Below are positions 53,989 to 64,000 of a DNA stretch of 64,000 bases, in pieces. The DNA is taken from the NCBI GenBank assembly GCA_016187745.1, contig JACPJC010000005.1, positions 27,220 to 91,219 on the forward strand, read 5' to 3'. The translations under genes and the position numbers were made by a program. A model generated the notes under the pieces. It was not told where the DNA came from. It saw nothing but the letters and a program-made list of their open reading frames with translations, and made no database searches. Each line of letters begins with the position of its first letter. The first letter of the stretch is position 1. The DNA is from Candidatus Iainarchaeum sp. Lineage in GTDB: Archaea; Iainarchaeota; Iainarchaeia; Iainarchaeales; JAXPJC01.

Positions 53989-54948
53989 TTAAATCTGCGG
54001 CGCATAATAGATTTTTTCAGTTTTGAAAATAGTTATCCAGTTGAATTCTTTTATTATTTCAGGGAATTTCAGCCTTATTTCCCTCATCAGCTCATGGAAT
54101 TCTCTTGGTGTTTGAAGCATTGCCTCAAACTCAAGATCAGAAATGCCAATTGCCTCTGTTACAAACATTACATTCATTTTGGATTTAAGGAAAGAAATAA
54201 GTTGCAGATATTTTTCTGCAGAAAGGTCCTGCAACTGCATGAAGACCTTATACCATGTGTATCCGATTTTTGAATAATCCAAAACAACCATGTACCCCAG
54301 AATGACTTTGTTTCTTTCAAGCCTTTTTATCCTATACTTTACAGTCTTGTCTGATATGCCAAGCTTTTTTCCCATTTCAACAAGCGAGGCCCTGCTGTTT
54401 TTTGCCAATATGCTAAGAATTCTGCCGTCAATAGAATCTATTTCAAAGTGCGAGAACCTTTGCTCCATCATCAGCTCATGCAAAGAGGTTTCTTTTGTGA
54501 GATATCTATGGGAGATATGGTGCGCCCTCACAATAAAGGAAATATCAACTGTTTTGAGAAACTTCCCAAACTTAAATTTCAATGTCTTTATTGCGCCATC
54601 AAGCTCAAGCATATCTCTTGACCAGAAAATTATTAAAAGATCATATGCGCCATCAAGCCTTGTGACCCAGCCAACATCGTGCATCTTCAAAGCAAATTTA
54701 ATGATGTCATCTTCATTATAGCTGCCTTGCAGCTTTATCCAAAGCCTTGCACTCTGCCTCTGAAGCTTGAAAACATCAATTACTGCATAGTATCCAAGAA
54801 TTATTTTGTTGTACTCAAGTTTTTCAAGTCGCTGCTTTACTGCCTGCTTTGAGAGCCTTACTTTTTTAGCTAAAGCTGAAATGGGCTGTCTTGAGTCTTT
54901 GTCCAGTTCAGCCAATAGTTTTCTGTCTATCAAGTCTAGCTTATACAT
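53989..54948 (-). CDS. tandem-duplicated Lrp/AsnC-type regulator (two HTH + RAM units in one chain)
   Basis: LDLIDRKLLAELDKDSRQPISALAKKVRLSKQAVKQRLEKLE and, about 160 aa later, IDGRILSILAKNSRASLVEMGKKLGISDKTVKYRIKRLE. Confidence 0.6.
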   Translation of the reverse strand: MYKLDLIDRKLLAELDKDSRQPISALAKKVRLSKQAVKQRLEKLEYNKIILGYYAVIDVFKLQRQSARLWIKLQGSYNEDDIIKFALKMHDVGWVTRLDGAYDLLIIFWSRDMLELDGAIKTLKFKFGKFLKTVDISFIVRAHHISHRYLTKETSLHELMMEQRFSHFEIDSIDGRILSILAKNSRASLVEMGKKLGISDKTVKYRIKRLERNKVILGYMVVLDYSKIGYTWYKVFMQLQDLSAEKYLQLISFLKSKMNVMFVTEAIGISDLEFEAMLQTPREFHELMREIRLKFPEIIKEFNWITIFKTEKIYYAPQI

Positions 54949-55316
54949 ATATTGACAATTGTAAAAAAATATTAATAAATCTTTCTATTAGTTCTGTAAA
55001 ATAATAGGAATTCTTATAAATCAGAATGAAGGAAGATGTGTATGGTGGAATAATGAATAAATGGTTAAAATCCTTGACAAAAGAGAGAATAGAAAAAGAT
55101 GTGAGAGGCGAACGCTGCTCATCTCCGCTTGAAAGGCAGTTGAGGGGCGGGCATGATTGCCCCTATCCTTAAGGTATGCGTATGCAAGAGAAAAATCCTT
55201 GGTTGCTTAAAAGGCGCAGAGAAAGGCAAAAAGAATCAATACAAAAGCGCTATGCCTCGGCATCCGACCAATGCAGGCTTCATACGATTTGACTACAAAA
55301 CTCCCGGCTGATTTAA

Positions 55317-56906
55317 ATGCAGATTCAACTAGTTAGGCTTAGAGACGCAAGGACAAATGATGTGTTGCATTTCCCAAAGGTGGAAAGCCTGGCCCTTGGC
55401 TATCTGGCTGGCTTTTTGAAGAGTAAGGGGCTTGAGGCAGAAATCATTGATGAAGAAGTTATGGGTTTGCAAAGGAAGCAAACAATTGAAAGCCTCCAAT
55501 GCAATAGCGACATAATTGCCTTTACAGCAATTGCAAAATCACAAATCTATTCCATACTTGAAGTGATTAAAGAGTTGAAAAAGAATGGAAATAAAGCACA
55601 CATAACTATCGGCGGCCAATTTGCAACCTTTCTTTTCAGGGAGCTCCTTTCCCTTGAGAATAAATTTGATTCCGTTGTTCTATATGAGGGCGAGGAAACG
55701 CTTTTTGAGCTTGCAAATGCCCTTAATAATGAATTTGATTTGGGCTCCATTAAGGGCTTGGCATTTAAAACTTTCAATGGACAAATAAAGCAAAATCCTT
55801 TAAGGCCTTTAATCTGCAATTTGGATTCACTCCCATTTCCTGCAAGGGATACTTTGCCTAAAGTTATTGAAAATGGCGGCTTGCCCATTATATCTTCCAG
55901 CAGGGGCTGCTATAATCGCTGCTCTTATTGCTCAATAAGCCAGTTTTATTCAGGGCCCGGAGGAAGTGCATTTCGCTACAGAAGCGCTGGGAATGTCTTG
56001 GCAGAATTGAAGCATTTGAAAGAGGAATTTCCCGAAATTAGCGATATTTGGTTTGTTGATGATAATTTTGTTGTTCCTGGAAAAAAGGGCTTGGAAAGAA
56101 CAGCAAAGCTTTGCAGAGGGATAAAAGATTTGGATTTGGGAGTTGACCTTAATATTTATCTCAGGGCAAATCAAATCAATGGAAGGCTCTTGAAGTTATT
56201 GGATGAATGCAGTGTCAGGTCTATTTTCATCGGCGCTGAGGCAGGAACAAATTATACATTGCAGCAAATTTTCAAAAAGAACCTATCAATTGAACAAACA
56301 AAAAGGGCAATAAAATTATGCGGCCAGAGGGGAATAAATGTTGACCCCGGCTTCATAATGTTCCACCCGTGGAGTACACTTAAAGAAATTGAAAGCAATA
56401 TTCGCTTTTTGGAGGAGATTGGTCAATTTACCCTGTATGGGATTGTAAGCTTTTTGACTGCTTATAAATTCACGCCGATTGGAAAGGAAATGCTTTCGGG
56501 GGAAAGAACATACAAAAAACCCATTTTCAAATCAAAAGAGCTTATTCAAGATACAGTGCCATATGAAATAGCCGATGAAAAAGCAGAGGTGCTGCTCTGC
56601 CTAACTTTGAAGGCATTTGAAGAATTCCACAAACTGCCTGAGCAATTTGCAAAATTAAAGCAGGAAATAAGGAAGATTAGGTCAATCAATAAGGAAAAAG
56701 CAATGGCACTAGATAAAGAATGGACTATTAGGGTTAATGCGATGAATAGGCAGGGAATGGCTTTCTTTAAAGAGCTATTCAGATTCATTAAAAAGGCAGA
56801 TTTAAATGACAAATCAATAAAGCCGTTCTTTGGGCATTTCAAATTAAAGATAAGAAGCTATGTTGCGAAAGAATCAGGAGAAATAGAAAATTTGACCAAG
56901 AATTAA
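55317..56906 (+). CDS. B12-binding-domain radical SAM protein (class-B-like)
   Basis: N-terminal cobalamin-binding Rossmann-like domain, then a radical SAM core (SSRGCYNRCSYCSISQ). 529 aa. Confidence 0.7.
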   Translation: MQIQLVRLRDARTNDVLHFPKVESLALGYLAGFLKSKGLEAEIIDEEVMGLQRKQTIESLQCNSDIIAFTAIAKSQIYSILEVIKELKKNGNKAHITIGGQFATFLFRELLSLENKFDSVVLYEGEETLFELANALNNEFDLGSIKGLAFKTFNGQIKQNPLRPLICNLDSLPFPARDTLPKVIENGGLPIISSSRGCYNRCSYCSISQFYSGPGGSAFRYRSAGNVLAELKHLKEEFPEISDIWFVDDNFVVPGKKGLERTAKLCRGIKDLDLGVDLNIYLRANQINGRLLKLLDECSVRSIFIGAEAGTNYTLQQIFKKNLSIEQTKRAIKLCGQRGINVDPGFIMFHPWSTLKEIESNIRFLEEIGQFTLYGIVSFLTAYKFTPIGKEMLSGERTYKKPIFKSKELIQDTVPYEIADEKAEVLLCLTLKAFEEFHKLPEQFAKLKQEIRKIRSINKEKAMALDKEWTIRVNAMNRQGMAFFKELFRFIKKADLNDKSIKPFFGHFKLKIRSYVAKESGEIENLTKN

Positions 56907-58096
56907 TGGTTCAGCTGTATTTTCACAATGTCATTGCTCTTCAGCGCGTGCTCTTTTCCAAGCTTCATTCCGCTCCTGCAGTCAACTGCAGCAACAAACC
57001 TCTTTATGAAATCGCTGTGTATTTCCCCCGCGAGATCAAGCGCTGTTGCGCCTTTTTTTAGGAGATAAGCATCCGGTAAATAATGCCCCTTTCCCGAAAG
57101 CATTTTGTGCTGGTCCTCCACGGGATAAACAACCATAAGCTCCAGCAAATTGAATGCGGTTTCATTTATCGCTTCCTGAACTCCGGTTCCGCCCCACACA
57201 TCCAATATGTTTTTCTGTATGAACTCAAGTGCCTTTTTCTGCTTCTCATCAATTTCTTTAAGCACACTGAATTCCTTCGCCCCGGGAACATATTCTATTG
57301 CGCCATTTCTTGCTGCCCTGCGCAATGCAAGTTCAGCTTCCGCACAGCAGGGAACAATTTTCTTCCCCGGCAATTGCGCGCGCAATTTCTCATAATTCTC
57401 CCTGGATTCAGGCAAATCAATTTTATTTGCTGCAATCAACATCGGCTTGCTTTTTTTCCTTATATCCCCGGAAAAGCGCAGAATCTCATCCTCATTCCAA
57501 TTGTCAGGCCTTTCGCCGAAGTTCCCCTCCTTAATTACCTCCTTCACATTCTCCTCGGAAATTCCCAATCCGCTCAATTGCTTCGCAAGCGTTGGCGCAG
57601 CGCCCTTGGAATCCATCGCTGCCTGCTTGCTTAGCTTCTGCCAGCTCTCCATCAGAATTCCCCTAATCCAGTAGGAAATTTCCCTTTCAAGGAATTCAAC
57701 ATCCAGCGCAGGATCCCTTCCCTTTGTAGGATTTCCCTCCGCATCAGTCCTTCCGGAAACATCCAGCACGTGAATCAATGCGCGCGCCTGCATTATGTCC
57801 CCCAAAAACCTGTTCCCAAGCCCCTTCCCCTGCCACGCATCAGGCACAAGCCCAGCAACATCATAAAGCGTAATGGGTATTTCCCTTATCCCATTAATGC
57901 ATTTTGAGTTCTGCGGCTGGCATTCCCCCTTTTCAAAATCAGTGTGCGCGCATTTTGCTGTTACGTATCCAATCCCCTGATTCGGCTTTATTGTAACAAA
58001 TGGCCTGTTTGATATTTCAACATCAACAAGCGTTGCCGCGCTGAAGAAGGAAGATTTCCCAGTGTTTGTTTTTCCAACGATCCCTATCTGCATCAT
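56903..58096 (-). CDS. Obg-family GTPase of the YchF/Ygr210 type with a C-terminal TGS domain
   Basis: G1 GIVGKTNTGKSS, G3 DVAG, NKID, and a C-terminal TGS-like beta-grasp. 397 aa. Confidence 0.7.
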   Translation of the reverse strand: MMQIGIVGKTNTGKSSFFSAATLVDVEISNRPFVTIKPNQGIGYVTAKCAHTDFEKGECQPQNSKCINGIREIPITLYDVAGLVPDAWQGKGLGNRFLGDIMQARALIHVLDVSGRTDAEGNPTKGRDPALDVEFLEREISYWIRGILMESWQKLSKQAAMDSKGAAPTLAKQLSGLGISEENVKEVIKEGNFGERPDNWNEDEILRFSGDIRKKSKPMLIAANKIDLPESRENYEKLRAQLPGKKIVPCCAEAELALRRAARNGAIEYVPGAKEFSVLKEIDEKQKKALEFIQKNILDVWGGTGVQEAINETAFNLLELMVVYPVEDQHKMLSGKGHYLPDAYLLKKGATALDLAGEIHSDFIKRFVAAVDCRSGMKLGKEHALKSNDIVKIQLNH

Positions 58097-58156
58097 TTTA
58101 TCTATCTGGGCACAAAATAGTTAAAAACTCTTGCAACGAAGCTTATATGGGAGAAC

Positions 58157-58540
58157 ATGTTCAAATTCCGAAATAAGAAAGTGCAATTGCCCAGGGCAGG
58201 CAGGCAATCATTGCGCCAAGTTGGTGATAGTAATGTTTTTGTCCTTGGAGAGCCGCCAAGGGGCGCAGGTCATCAAATTGATGCGCTTGAACAAATGGTT
58301 AATGAGAGATTGGAAAAAGGAAAAATTTCTCTCAAGCCAACACAAACCCGCGGGGCAGGGCTGGAAAAACGCAATCCGGAGCGCAGGATAAAGATAGACC
58401 GCATACTCCATACAAGCGGCATTCCAATTGCAAGCAAAAAGACCATAATAAATCTCCTGAAAATAATAAACCGCTCCCTGAAGACAAAGGTAGAAAGGGA
58501 CGTAGCCCTCAGAGCTATAAAGACTTTTTTGGGGGAATGA
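58157..58540 (+). CDS. hypothetical basic protein upstream of rfcL
   Basis: 127-aa ORF. No family recognised; the start could be an internal Met. Confidence 0.3.
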   Translation: MFKFRNKKVQLPRAGRQSLRQVGDSNVFVLGEPPRGAGHQIDALEQMVNERLEKGKISLKPTQTRGAGLEKRNPERRIKIDRILHTSGIPIASKKTIINLLKIINRSLKTKVERDVALRAIKTFLGE

Positions 58541-58547
58541 AAAACAC

Positions 58548-59933
58548 ATGCCCGAACTCTGGACTGACAAGTATTTTCCGAAAAGCCTTTCCGAGTTCAT
58601 AGGCAATTCCGAAATAGTTGGAACAATTGATAAATGGGCGAATGGATGGAATTCAGGAAAGCAGGGAAAGCCCCTCCTCCTTTACGGCCAGACAGGCTCC
58701 GGGAAAACAGCGCTTGCGCACCTTATTGCGCGCATAAACGGCTGGCAGATTTTTGAATTGAATGCAAGCGATTTCCGCACAAAGGAAATAATTGAAAGGC
58801 TTGCTGGCGCTGCAGCATTGAACGCTTCCTTCAGCGGAAAGCCGCGCCTTGTTCTCCTTGATGAGATTGATGGCCTGCAGTCAAGCGACAAGGGGGGTGC
58901 GGCAGCAATTGTAAATGTGCTGAAGCAGTCCCAGAATCCTGTAATGCTTACGGCAAATGAGATTTATTCCGAAAAAAAGCTCGCGCCAATCCGCGCTGTT
59001 TGCACTCCGCTGGAATTCAGGAAAATAAATTACCTCTCAATCGCGAATTACCTTAAAAAAATCTGCAATGCCAATGCGCTTGCATATGAGGATTTGGCGC
59101 TTGCGGAAATTGCAAAGAACTGCTCCGGGGACCTGCGCTCCGCGCTTCTTGATTTGCAGACCCTTGCAATCAGCTCCGAGCGCATTACGCTTCAGGAGGT
59201 TTCAACCCTCTCCTACAGGGAAAGGCAGGAAAAAATATTCTCAATCCTCGCAAAGGTATTCAATGCGCAGAGCATAAGCGAGGCGAGAAGCGCGAGATTC
59301 TCAAGTGAAGTGGACACTGAAATGCTCCAGAACTGGATTGAGGAGAACATTCCCAGAGCTTATGCAGATGCCAATGACATCGCCTCGGCATACCGGATGC
59401 TGAGCAGGGCTGACATTTACGAGGGAAGGATAAGGAAAAGGCAGCACTACGGCTTCTTGAAATATTCCTCCGAGCTTGCAACAAGCGGGGTCGCTCTTTC
59501 AAAATCCCAAAAAATCGCTTCCTATGTCCGATATGAGTTTCCGCAATTCCTCAAGAAGCTGAGTGCGGGCTCCTCCCAAAAGGCCCTGCGCAAAAGCCTT
59601 TCCGGGAAAATGGCGGAGCAGATGCACTCCGGCATTAAGGGCATAATCCGCGAGGATTTAACTTACATAAAGATGCTTTTTGAGAACAAGGCAAATGCGA
59701 TAAATCTGGCTGCGCAGTTTGATTTTGATGCCGAGGAAGTCGCCTTCCTTCTCAGCACAAAGCCCGAAACAAAGAAAGTGCAGGCAATAATCGGGGAGGC
59801 GCAGAAAATCAGGGGCAGGCACGCAGTGCCGGGAAAGCAATTAATGCAGGAATCCGGGATTGCAGAACCCGCGCATGAGCAGGAAGAAATTCCAAAGCCG
59901 GTTGCGGAAAGCGGCCAGAGGAAATTATTTTAA
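58548..59933 (+). CDS. rfcL: replication factor C large subunit
   Basis: WTDKYFPKSLSEFIGN, Walker A LLYGQTGSGKTALA, DEID Walker B and SRC region. 461 aa with a charged C-terminal tail of the kind that carries a PIP motif. Confidence 0.8.
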   Translation: MPELWTDKYFPKSLSEFIGNSEIVGTIDKWANGWNSGKQGKPLLLYGQTGSGKTALAHLIARINGWQIFELNASDFRTKEIIERLAGAAALNASFSGKPRLVLLDEIDGLQSSDKGGAAAIVNVLKQSQNPVMLTANEIYSEKKLAPIRAVCTPLEFRKINYLSIANYLKKICNANALAYEDLALAEIAKNCSGDLRSALLDLQTLAISSERITLQEVSTLSYRERQEKIFSILAKVFNAQSISEARSARFSSEVDTEMLQNWIEENIPRAYADANDIASAYRMLSRADIYEGRIRKRQHYGFLKYSSELATSGVALSKSQKIASYVRYEFPQFLKKLSAGSSQKALRKSLSGKMAEQMHSGIKGIIREDLTYIKMLFENKANAINLAAQFDFDAEEVAFLLSTKPETKKVQAIIGEAQKIRGRHAVPGKQLMQESGIAEPAHEQEEIPKPVAESGQRKLF

Positions 59934-59936
59934 CAA

Positions 59937-60662
59937 ATGATCCCAATGGAAAAACAAATAAATAGCAGGGATGTCTTTGAGGCATTGGCAAAGGATTATA
60001 TCAGGGAAGACACCCACTGGGGCTCTGATTTGGATTTGATAAAAGCAAGCCTTGACGAACTGATTAAAACAGAACCGAATCCAAGATGGCTTGATCTGGG
60101 ATGCGGCGCAGGATTTCATATTGCAGCCATGGCTGAGCTATATCCTGAAGTTAGCATTGTCGGAGTTGACCACTCCCAACAGATGCTGAATGCCGCAAAA
60201 TACAAAATTAAAAATCTGGGCCTTAAGAATATAGCCCTCAACAATTCCGATATTACTAAAAAATTTCAGGAAGGCAAATATCACCTAATAACTTCCCTCA
60301 ACAACGCCTTCGGCAACTTGTACGTAAGCGGCACTGACCAGAATGAAATAAGGGCAGGCATAGCCGGGAAAATAACAGATGCGTTGTGCAGCAAAGGATG
60401 CCTAATCCTGTCAGTATACAACATAGAAAAGTTCAATGAAAAATCACAGTATTGCAGCAATGTTACAGTGGTTGAAAATCTGAGCGATTTAGCAAAAGGG
60501 GATTTAATTGCAGAGTACCGCAACAAAGGCAAAAAAGTTCTTTATTACACCCACTGGTTCTCAGAAGGGGAACTCCGCGAACTTGCAAAGGAAACAGGCC
60601 TTAAAATTGATTTCTTAGAAAGGAGAATGTCCAGGTTTCTGGTTAGATATAAAAAGGACTGA
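59937..60662 (+). CDS. class I SAM-dependent methyltransferase
   Basis: Motif I WLDLGCGAGFH. Post-I acidic strand IVGVDHSQQM. Confidence 0.65.
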   Translation: MIPMEKQINSRDVFEALAKDYIREDTHWGSDLDLIKASLDELIKTEPNPRWLDLGCGAGFHIAAMAELYPEVSIVGVDHSQQMLNAAKYKIKNLGLKNIALNNSDITKKFQEGKYHLITSLNNAFGNLYVSGTDQNEIRAGIAGKITDALCSKGCLILSVYNIEKFNEKSQYCSNVTVVENLSDLAKGDLIAEYRNKGKKVLYYTHWFSEGELRELAKETGLKIDFLERRMSRFLVRYKKD

Positions 60663-60667
60663 TGAAC

Positions 60668-62308
60668 CTAAATTTCGAATTCAAGCACAGCAACAGGCGC
60701 ATCAATGAGGAAATTTTTCAGGACTTTCTCGCCCACTTCCCCGAGGATTCCGCATTTTCCCAATGCAACAATCTCCGCAGCCCTTCCCTCCGCAAAGCTT
60801 GGGTGCTTCATTGCGCGCGTTTCGTATTTTATTCCAAGGTTCTGCAAAAGCGCATTCAAATGCGACTTTATTTCAGTAAAATTCGCGTTCTTGTGCGAAA
60901 TTGCAATGCACACCTGCGTGCGCTCCTTAACTCCCGTTTCAGCGCTTGCATCAAGCGCAAGCGTCCTTCCAATCTCGAATATTTTCTGCGGATAGGGGCA
61001 GTTCTTGTTTTTTGACAAAAATTCAAGCAGCTCAGGAACAACGCTCCTGCGCAATACGCTCCAGTTGGTTGAAACAGGGTTTGCGATTTCCACAAACTGC
61101 TGCTCTGGGAGTTCCATCATCCTCTGCTGCTTTTCCTTTGAGGTTAGGGTAAAGGTAAGGACTTCCTGCAGCCCAAGCCCGACACAAACTTCCCTGCAGG
61201 CATTTTCAATCCTGTTGTTCTGCAGCTCATTCCCGATTGTTGCGATTTTCACTTCCGCAGGCGCAATTTTCTCATATCCGTATGCAATAATAATGTCTTC
61301 AATCACGTCTATCGGATGCAGGATATCCTGGCGGTATGCGGGATACTCCGCAATAATTTTCTTTCCCTTTGCAGCCGCATCATAGTGCGCATTTCTGAGG
61401 AGTTTTACAATATCTGCGGCGCCCAGCTCCAACCCGCTGATTTTCTGCACATCTGAAACATCAACTGAAATTTTTCCCGGAGTGAAATCCGGAGTTGTAA
61501 TCCTGCTTTTCGGATAAACTATCTGCACGGATTCAATTTTTGCATTCCTCTCGGCAAGCGCGCTTGCAATTACATTCAGCGCGGTATTAACAGTTTCCTG
61601 CCTCATTCCCGTAACTTCCACAAACAAATTGCGGGTTTTTTCAGTTACTTTTCCCGTTGCCTGGGAATTTATTATGGGAGGCATTGATGCAACAACATCC
61701 GCGCTGTCAATCAGTATGGGATATTTCTTGCAGCCCTGGAGCAAATGCGCATATTCCTTCCCCTTCGGATGCTCCTTCAGGATTTCGTCCAAATCCATCT
61801 CAACTCTGTATTCCAGGGGAACGAACTTCAATTCATGCGGGGCAAACGCCTTGTAATGGATTGGCGCCTTCATCGCATCAAAATCATACAAGCCGATTGC
61901 AGCCTCTTTGCGCTTTCTTCCAAATGTTAAGCAGACCTTCTCCTGCAGCTGCACCATCTGCTTGATGAAATTTCCATCCACCTTTACATTCCTCGCAATT
62001 GCGGCAGCAATGCAGGGCCTTACCGCGGAAACGGAGGCATCAGCAATTACCTTCACTCCGCTTGATTTCACATCATATTTCGCAAGCCCTTTTTCCTTTC
62101 CCAGATGCCCCTTCAATTCCCTTGCAATTCCCTCCGCAGAGAGCAGATCCGGCCTGTTGGTTTCCTTCACATCAACAACAATTTCATTCCCATCAACAGA
62201 ATCGATTTCCCCCTTTACAAAAAGCAGCGCTTCCCTCACCCGCTCAAGGCTCAGCTTCTTCCCCACAAGCGCGCCCAAATCATTCAGGTTAATTTCAACG
62301 TTTGGCAT
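60668..62308 (-). CDS. pheT: phenylalanyl-tRNA synthetase beta subunit (archaeal form)
   Basis: About 545 aa with B3/4 and B5-like domains. Immediately downstream of pheS with a 1-nt overlap. Start at MPNVEINL. Confidence 0.85.
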   Translation of the reverse strand: MPNVEINLNDLGALVGKKLSLERVREALLFVKGEIDSVDGNEIVVDVKETNRPDLLSAEGIARELKGHLGKEKGLAKYDVKSSGVKVIADASVSAVRPCIAAAIARNVKVDGNFIKQMVQLQEKVCLTFGRKRKEAAIGLYDFDAMKAPIHYKAFAPHELKFVPLEYRVEMDLDEILKEHPKGKEYAHLLQGCKKYPILIDSADVVASMPPIINSQATGKVTEKTRNLFVEVTGMRQETVNTALNVIASALAERNAKIESVQIVYPKSRITTPDFTPGKISVDVSDVQKISGLELGAADIVKLLRNAHYDAAAKGKKIIAEYPAYRQDILHPIDVIEDIIIAYGYEKIAPAEVKIATIGNELQNNRIENACREVCVGLGLQEVLTFTLTSKEKQQRMMELPEQQFVEIANPVSTNWSVLRRSVVPELLEFLSKNKNCPYPQKIFEIGRTLALDASAETGVKERTQVCIAISHKNANFTEIKSHLNALLQNLGIKYETRAMKHPSFAEGRAAEIVALGKCGILGEVGEKVLKNFLIDAPVAVLEFEI

Positions 62309-63774
62309 TATTGCACCACCGCGCATTTCCTGAGCCAGCCCAAATCATCCGAGAACAGATAGCGCACGTCCTTTATGTTCAGTTTGAACATCGCAAGCCT
62401 GTCAATCCCTATCCCCCATGCAAGCGCAGGCTCCTTGATTCCAAGGGGCAGCATCATTTCCGGCCTGAAAATTCCCGCGCCCGCAAATTCAATCCATCCC
62501 AATTCAGGATGCTTTGCGCTCAATTGAACTGAAGGCTCCGTGAATGGATAATAATCAGGAAGGAATTTCACTTCCTCCGCGCCCGCAATTTCCACTGCGA
62601 ACTGCTTCAGCATCCCCAGAAGATGCCTGAAATTGAATGATTTATCAACAACAAACCCCTCTAATTGGTTGAATTCAATTAAGTGTGTAGCGTCAACAAC
62701 ATCAGGCCTGTAGCAGCGCGCAATTGCGAAATATTTTCCCGGAATTTCAATACCTTTTACCAATTGCCTTGCGCTGTGCGCGGTTCCGTGCGCTGAAGGC
62801 ATGAGCCTTTTTGCAATTTCCTCATTCCATTTGTACTGCCATCCACTGCTTCCCGTATTTCCTCCGTTCTCATGCGCTGCCTTTACCCCTGAAACAATTC
62901 TCGCATCCGGAAGCTTCCCGAATTTCGGCTGTTTTAACTGATAAGTATCAGACCAAGAACGCGCAGGATGCCCCTGCGGCTGGAAAAGAGCATCAAAATT
63001 ATAGAACTCCTGCGTTATCAATGGCGCAGGCATTTCCTTGAATCCCAGCGCAACTAACTTATTGCGGATATTCCCCAAAAACTGCACATAGGGCTGTTTC
63101 TTTCCCAGAAGAATTTCAGGAACCCCAGCATCAACAACATATTTTCTCTCAGTGAACTTTTCAGCAAACGCAAGCGCCTCAAGCCCAAGCTCATTTATCC
63201 TCGCGCTCCTCTCAATTATCTGCTTCCTTTCCACAAACCCGCGCCTGATAAGCTCATTCAGGCCTTCATTTTCAGCTTCGCTTAATTTCTCATTCTCCCC
63301 AATTTTTCCAAGCGCAATTTCGCTTGCATATTTCCCCTGCAATAAATCCTTCTCAAGCCCAGTAAGTTCCAGAACAAGCTCATTCCCCTCCTTGTGCAGC
63401 GAAACCCAGGCATTGCGCTTTGCAATTCCCAGCACAAAATCGCTTTCCTTTCCCAGATTCGCATTTTTCTGGATCTCAATCAGCCTTTCCTTTCCCCCGG
63501 CCTTATGTATTGCCTCAATTGCCCTTTTCTCCGGCAGGCCCTTCTGCAGCGCCTCCTTCCCCGAAGTAGTCAATGAAATGTGCATTTTTGCGCTTTCAAT
63601 CAAATCAACAAGCGCCTTCTCCTTCAGCCACATTATTGCCCTGCGCGCGGAATCTATGTTCATGCCTGCGGAATTTGCAATCTGCCCAGCATTTTTTAGC
63701 CGCCCGTCCCTAAGCGCAATTAGGGAATTTCTTTCAATCTCGCTCAGCGCCTGAGCGGTTTCCTCGATTTTCAT
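62308..63774 (-). CDS. pheS: phenylalanyl-tRNA synthetase alpha subunit
   Basis: 488 aa. Class II motifs: motif 2 region FRPEMMLP..., motif 3 GIGIDRLAM. N-terminal winged-helix repeats. Confidence 0.85.
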   Translation of the reverse strand: MKIEETAQALSEIERNSLIALRDGRLKNAGQIANSAGMNIDSARRAIMWLKEKALVDLIESAKMHISLTTSGKEALQKGLPEKRAIEAIHKAGGKERLIEIQKNANLGKESDFVLGIAKRNAWVSLHKEGNELVLELTGLEKDLLQGKYASEIALGKIGENEKLSEAENEGLNELIRRGFVERKQIIERSARINELGLEALAFAEKFTERKYVVDAGVPEILLGKKQPYVQFLGNIRNKLVALGFKEMPAPLITQEFYNFDALFQPQGHPARSWSDTYQLKQPKFGKLPDARIVSGVKAAHENGGNTGSSGWQYKWNEEIAKRLMPSAHGTAHSARQLVKGIEIPGKYFAIARCYRPDVVDATHLIEFNQLEGFVVDKSFNFRHLLGMLKQFAVEIAGAEEVKFLPDYYPFTEPSVQLSAKHPELGWIEFAGAGIFRPEMMLPLGIKEPALAWGIGIDRLAMFKLNIKDVRYLFSDDLGWLRKCAVVQ

Positions 63775-63834
63775 GGCAATTCCTTTATATTGTATAATGA
63801 TGCATTTAATTATATTTATACTTTAGTGATTATT

Positions 63835-64000
63835 ATGCTATATCTCCTTGATGCCGGCGCGATTCTGAACGCCCCGGGCTTCCGCTTCTCAAGGGAGCAC
63901 AAATACCTCACAACGGATTCAATCGTTGGGGAAATGCGCGATTTGGTAAGCAGGAACTTCATTCAGGCCGCAATAGGGCAGAAAAGCCTTAGCATAAGGA
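63835..64000 (+). CDS. PIN-domain protein, N-terminal fragment (continues past the window end)
   Basis: MLYLLDAGAILNAPGFRF... has the PIN first-Asp context (LLDAGAI). Could be Nob1-like. Confidence 0.35.
   Translation, partial: MLYLLDAGAILNAPGFRFSREHKYLTTDSIVGEMRDLVSRNFIQAAIGQKSLSIR

Noticed and set aside
1-64000. CRISPR arrays, cas genes, rRNA genes, IS elements, integrases
   Set aside because: Looked for direct-repeat/spacer periodicity, the conserved 16S/23S stretches, and transposase or integrase motifs (DDE, tyrosine recombinase R..H..Y). None seen. The only tRNA found is tRNA-Arg at 11097-11168.

Overview
This 64 kb window is a gene-dense archaeal chromosome segment of roughly 45-48 % GC, with short intergenic spacers, many 4-nt ATGA start/stop overlaps and several leaderless promoters (TATA box 24-29 nt before the ATG). 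The content is mostly housekeeping. DNA repair and replication: NurA and HerA, Rad50, endonuclease IV, an NreA-like protein, Orc1/Cdc6, RFC small and large subunits, topoisomerase IA. Translation and tRNA: ThrRS, PheS/PheT, aEF-1beta, S17e, RpoK, ABCE1, Pelota, CCA-adding enzyme, Elp3, MtaB-like, Taw3-like, ThpR and one tRNA-Arg(TCG). Glycolysis: PGI/PMI and ApgM. Proteostasis: Cdc48, a JAMM protein and an S2P protease. There are many Lrp-type regulators and two toxin-antitoxin-like pairs. A prepilin peptidase lies about 18 kb from a cluster of six pilin-like genes headed by a membrane-anchored ArsR-like regulator. No rRNA, CRISPR array, cas gene, transposase or integrase was seen. The items most worth a second look are: (1) a two-gene module of a minimal CARF-like Rossmann protein plus a membrane-anchored Hjc-like PD-(D/E)xK nuclease, next to a low-GC gene; (2) a ~70-nt intergenic element present three times at gene junctions, with a T-tract palindrome and a conserved TCTAGGT(T/G)TTACC core; (3) a 38-nt promoter module duplicated in front of a PIN toxin gene and an uncharacterised 527-aa gene, with the RHH gene convergently overlapping the PIN gene; (4) Rad50 uncoupled from Mre11 and sitting in an operon with aEF-1beta and a Zn-ribbon gene, while nurA and herA are separated by two small unknown ORFs; (5) a co-directional NFACT-R, HD and Cdc48 gene string near divergent Pelota/ABCE1; (6) an ATP-cone protein with no recognisable catalytic domain. 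Several real-looking genes shorter than 60 aa are missing from the ORF track (a Zn-ribbon gene, a 55-aa pilin, a 49-aa ORF upstream of the prepilin peptidase gene). All family calls come from motif recognition by eye and need HMM or structure-based confirmation.
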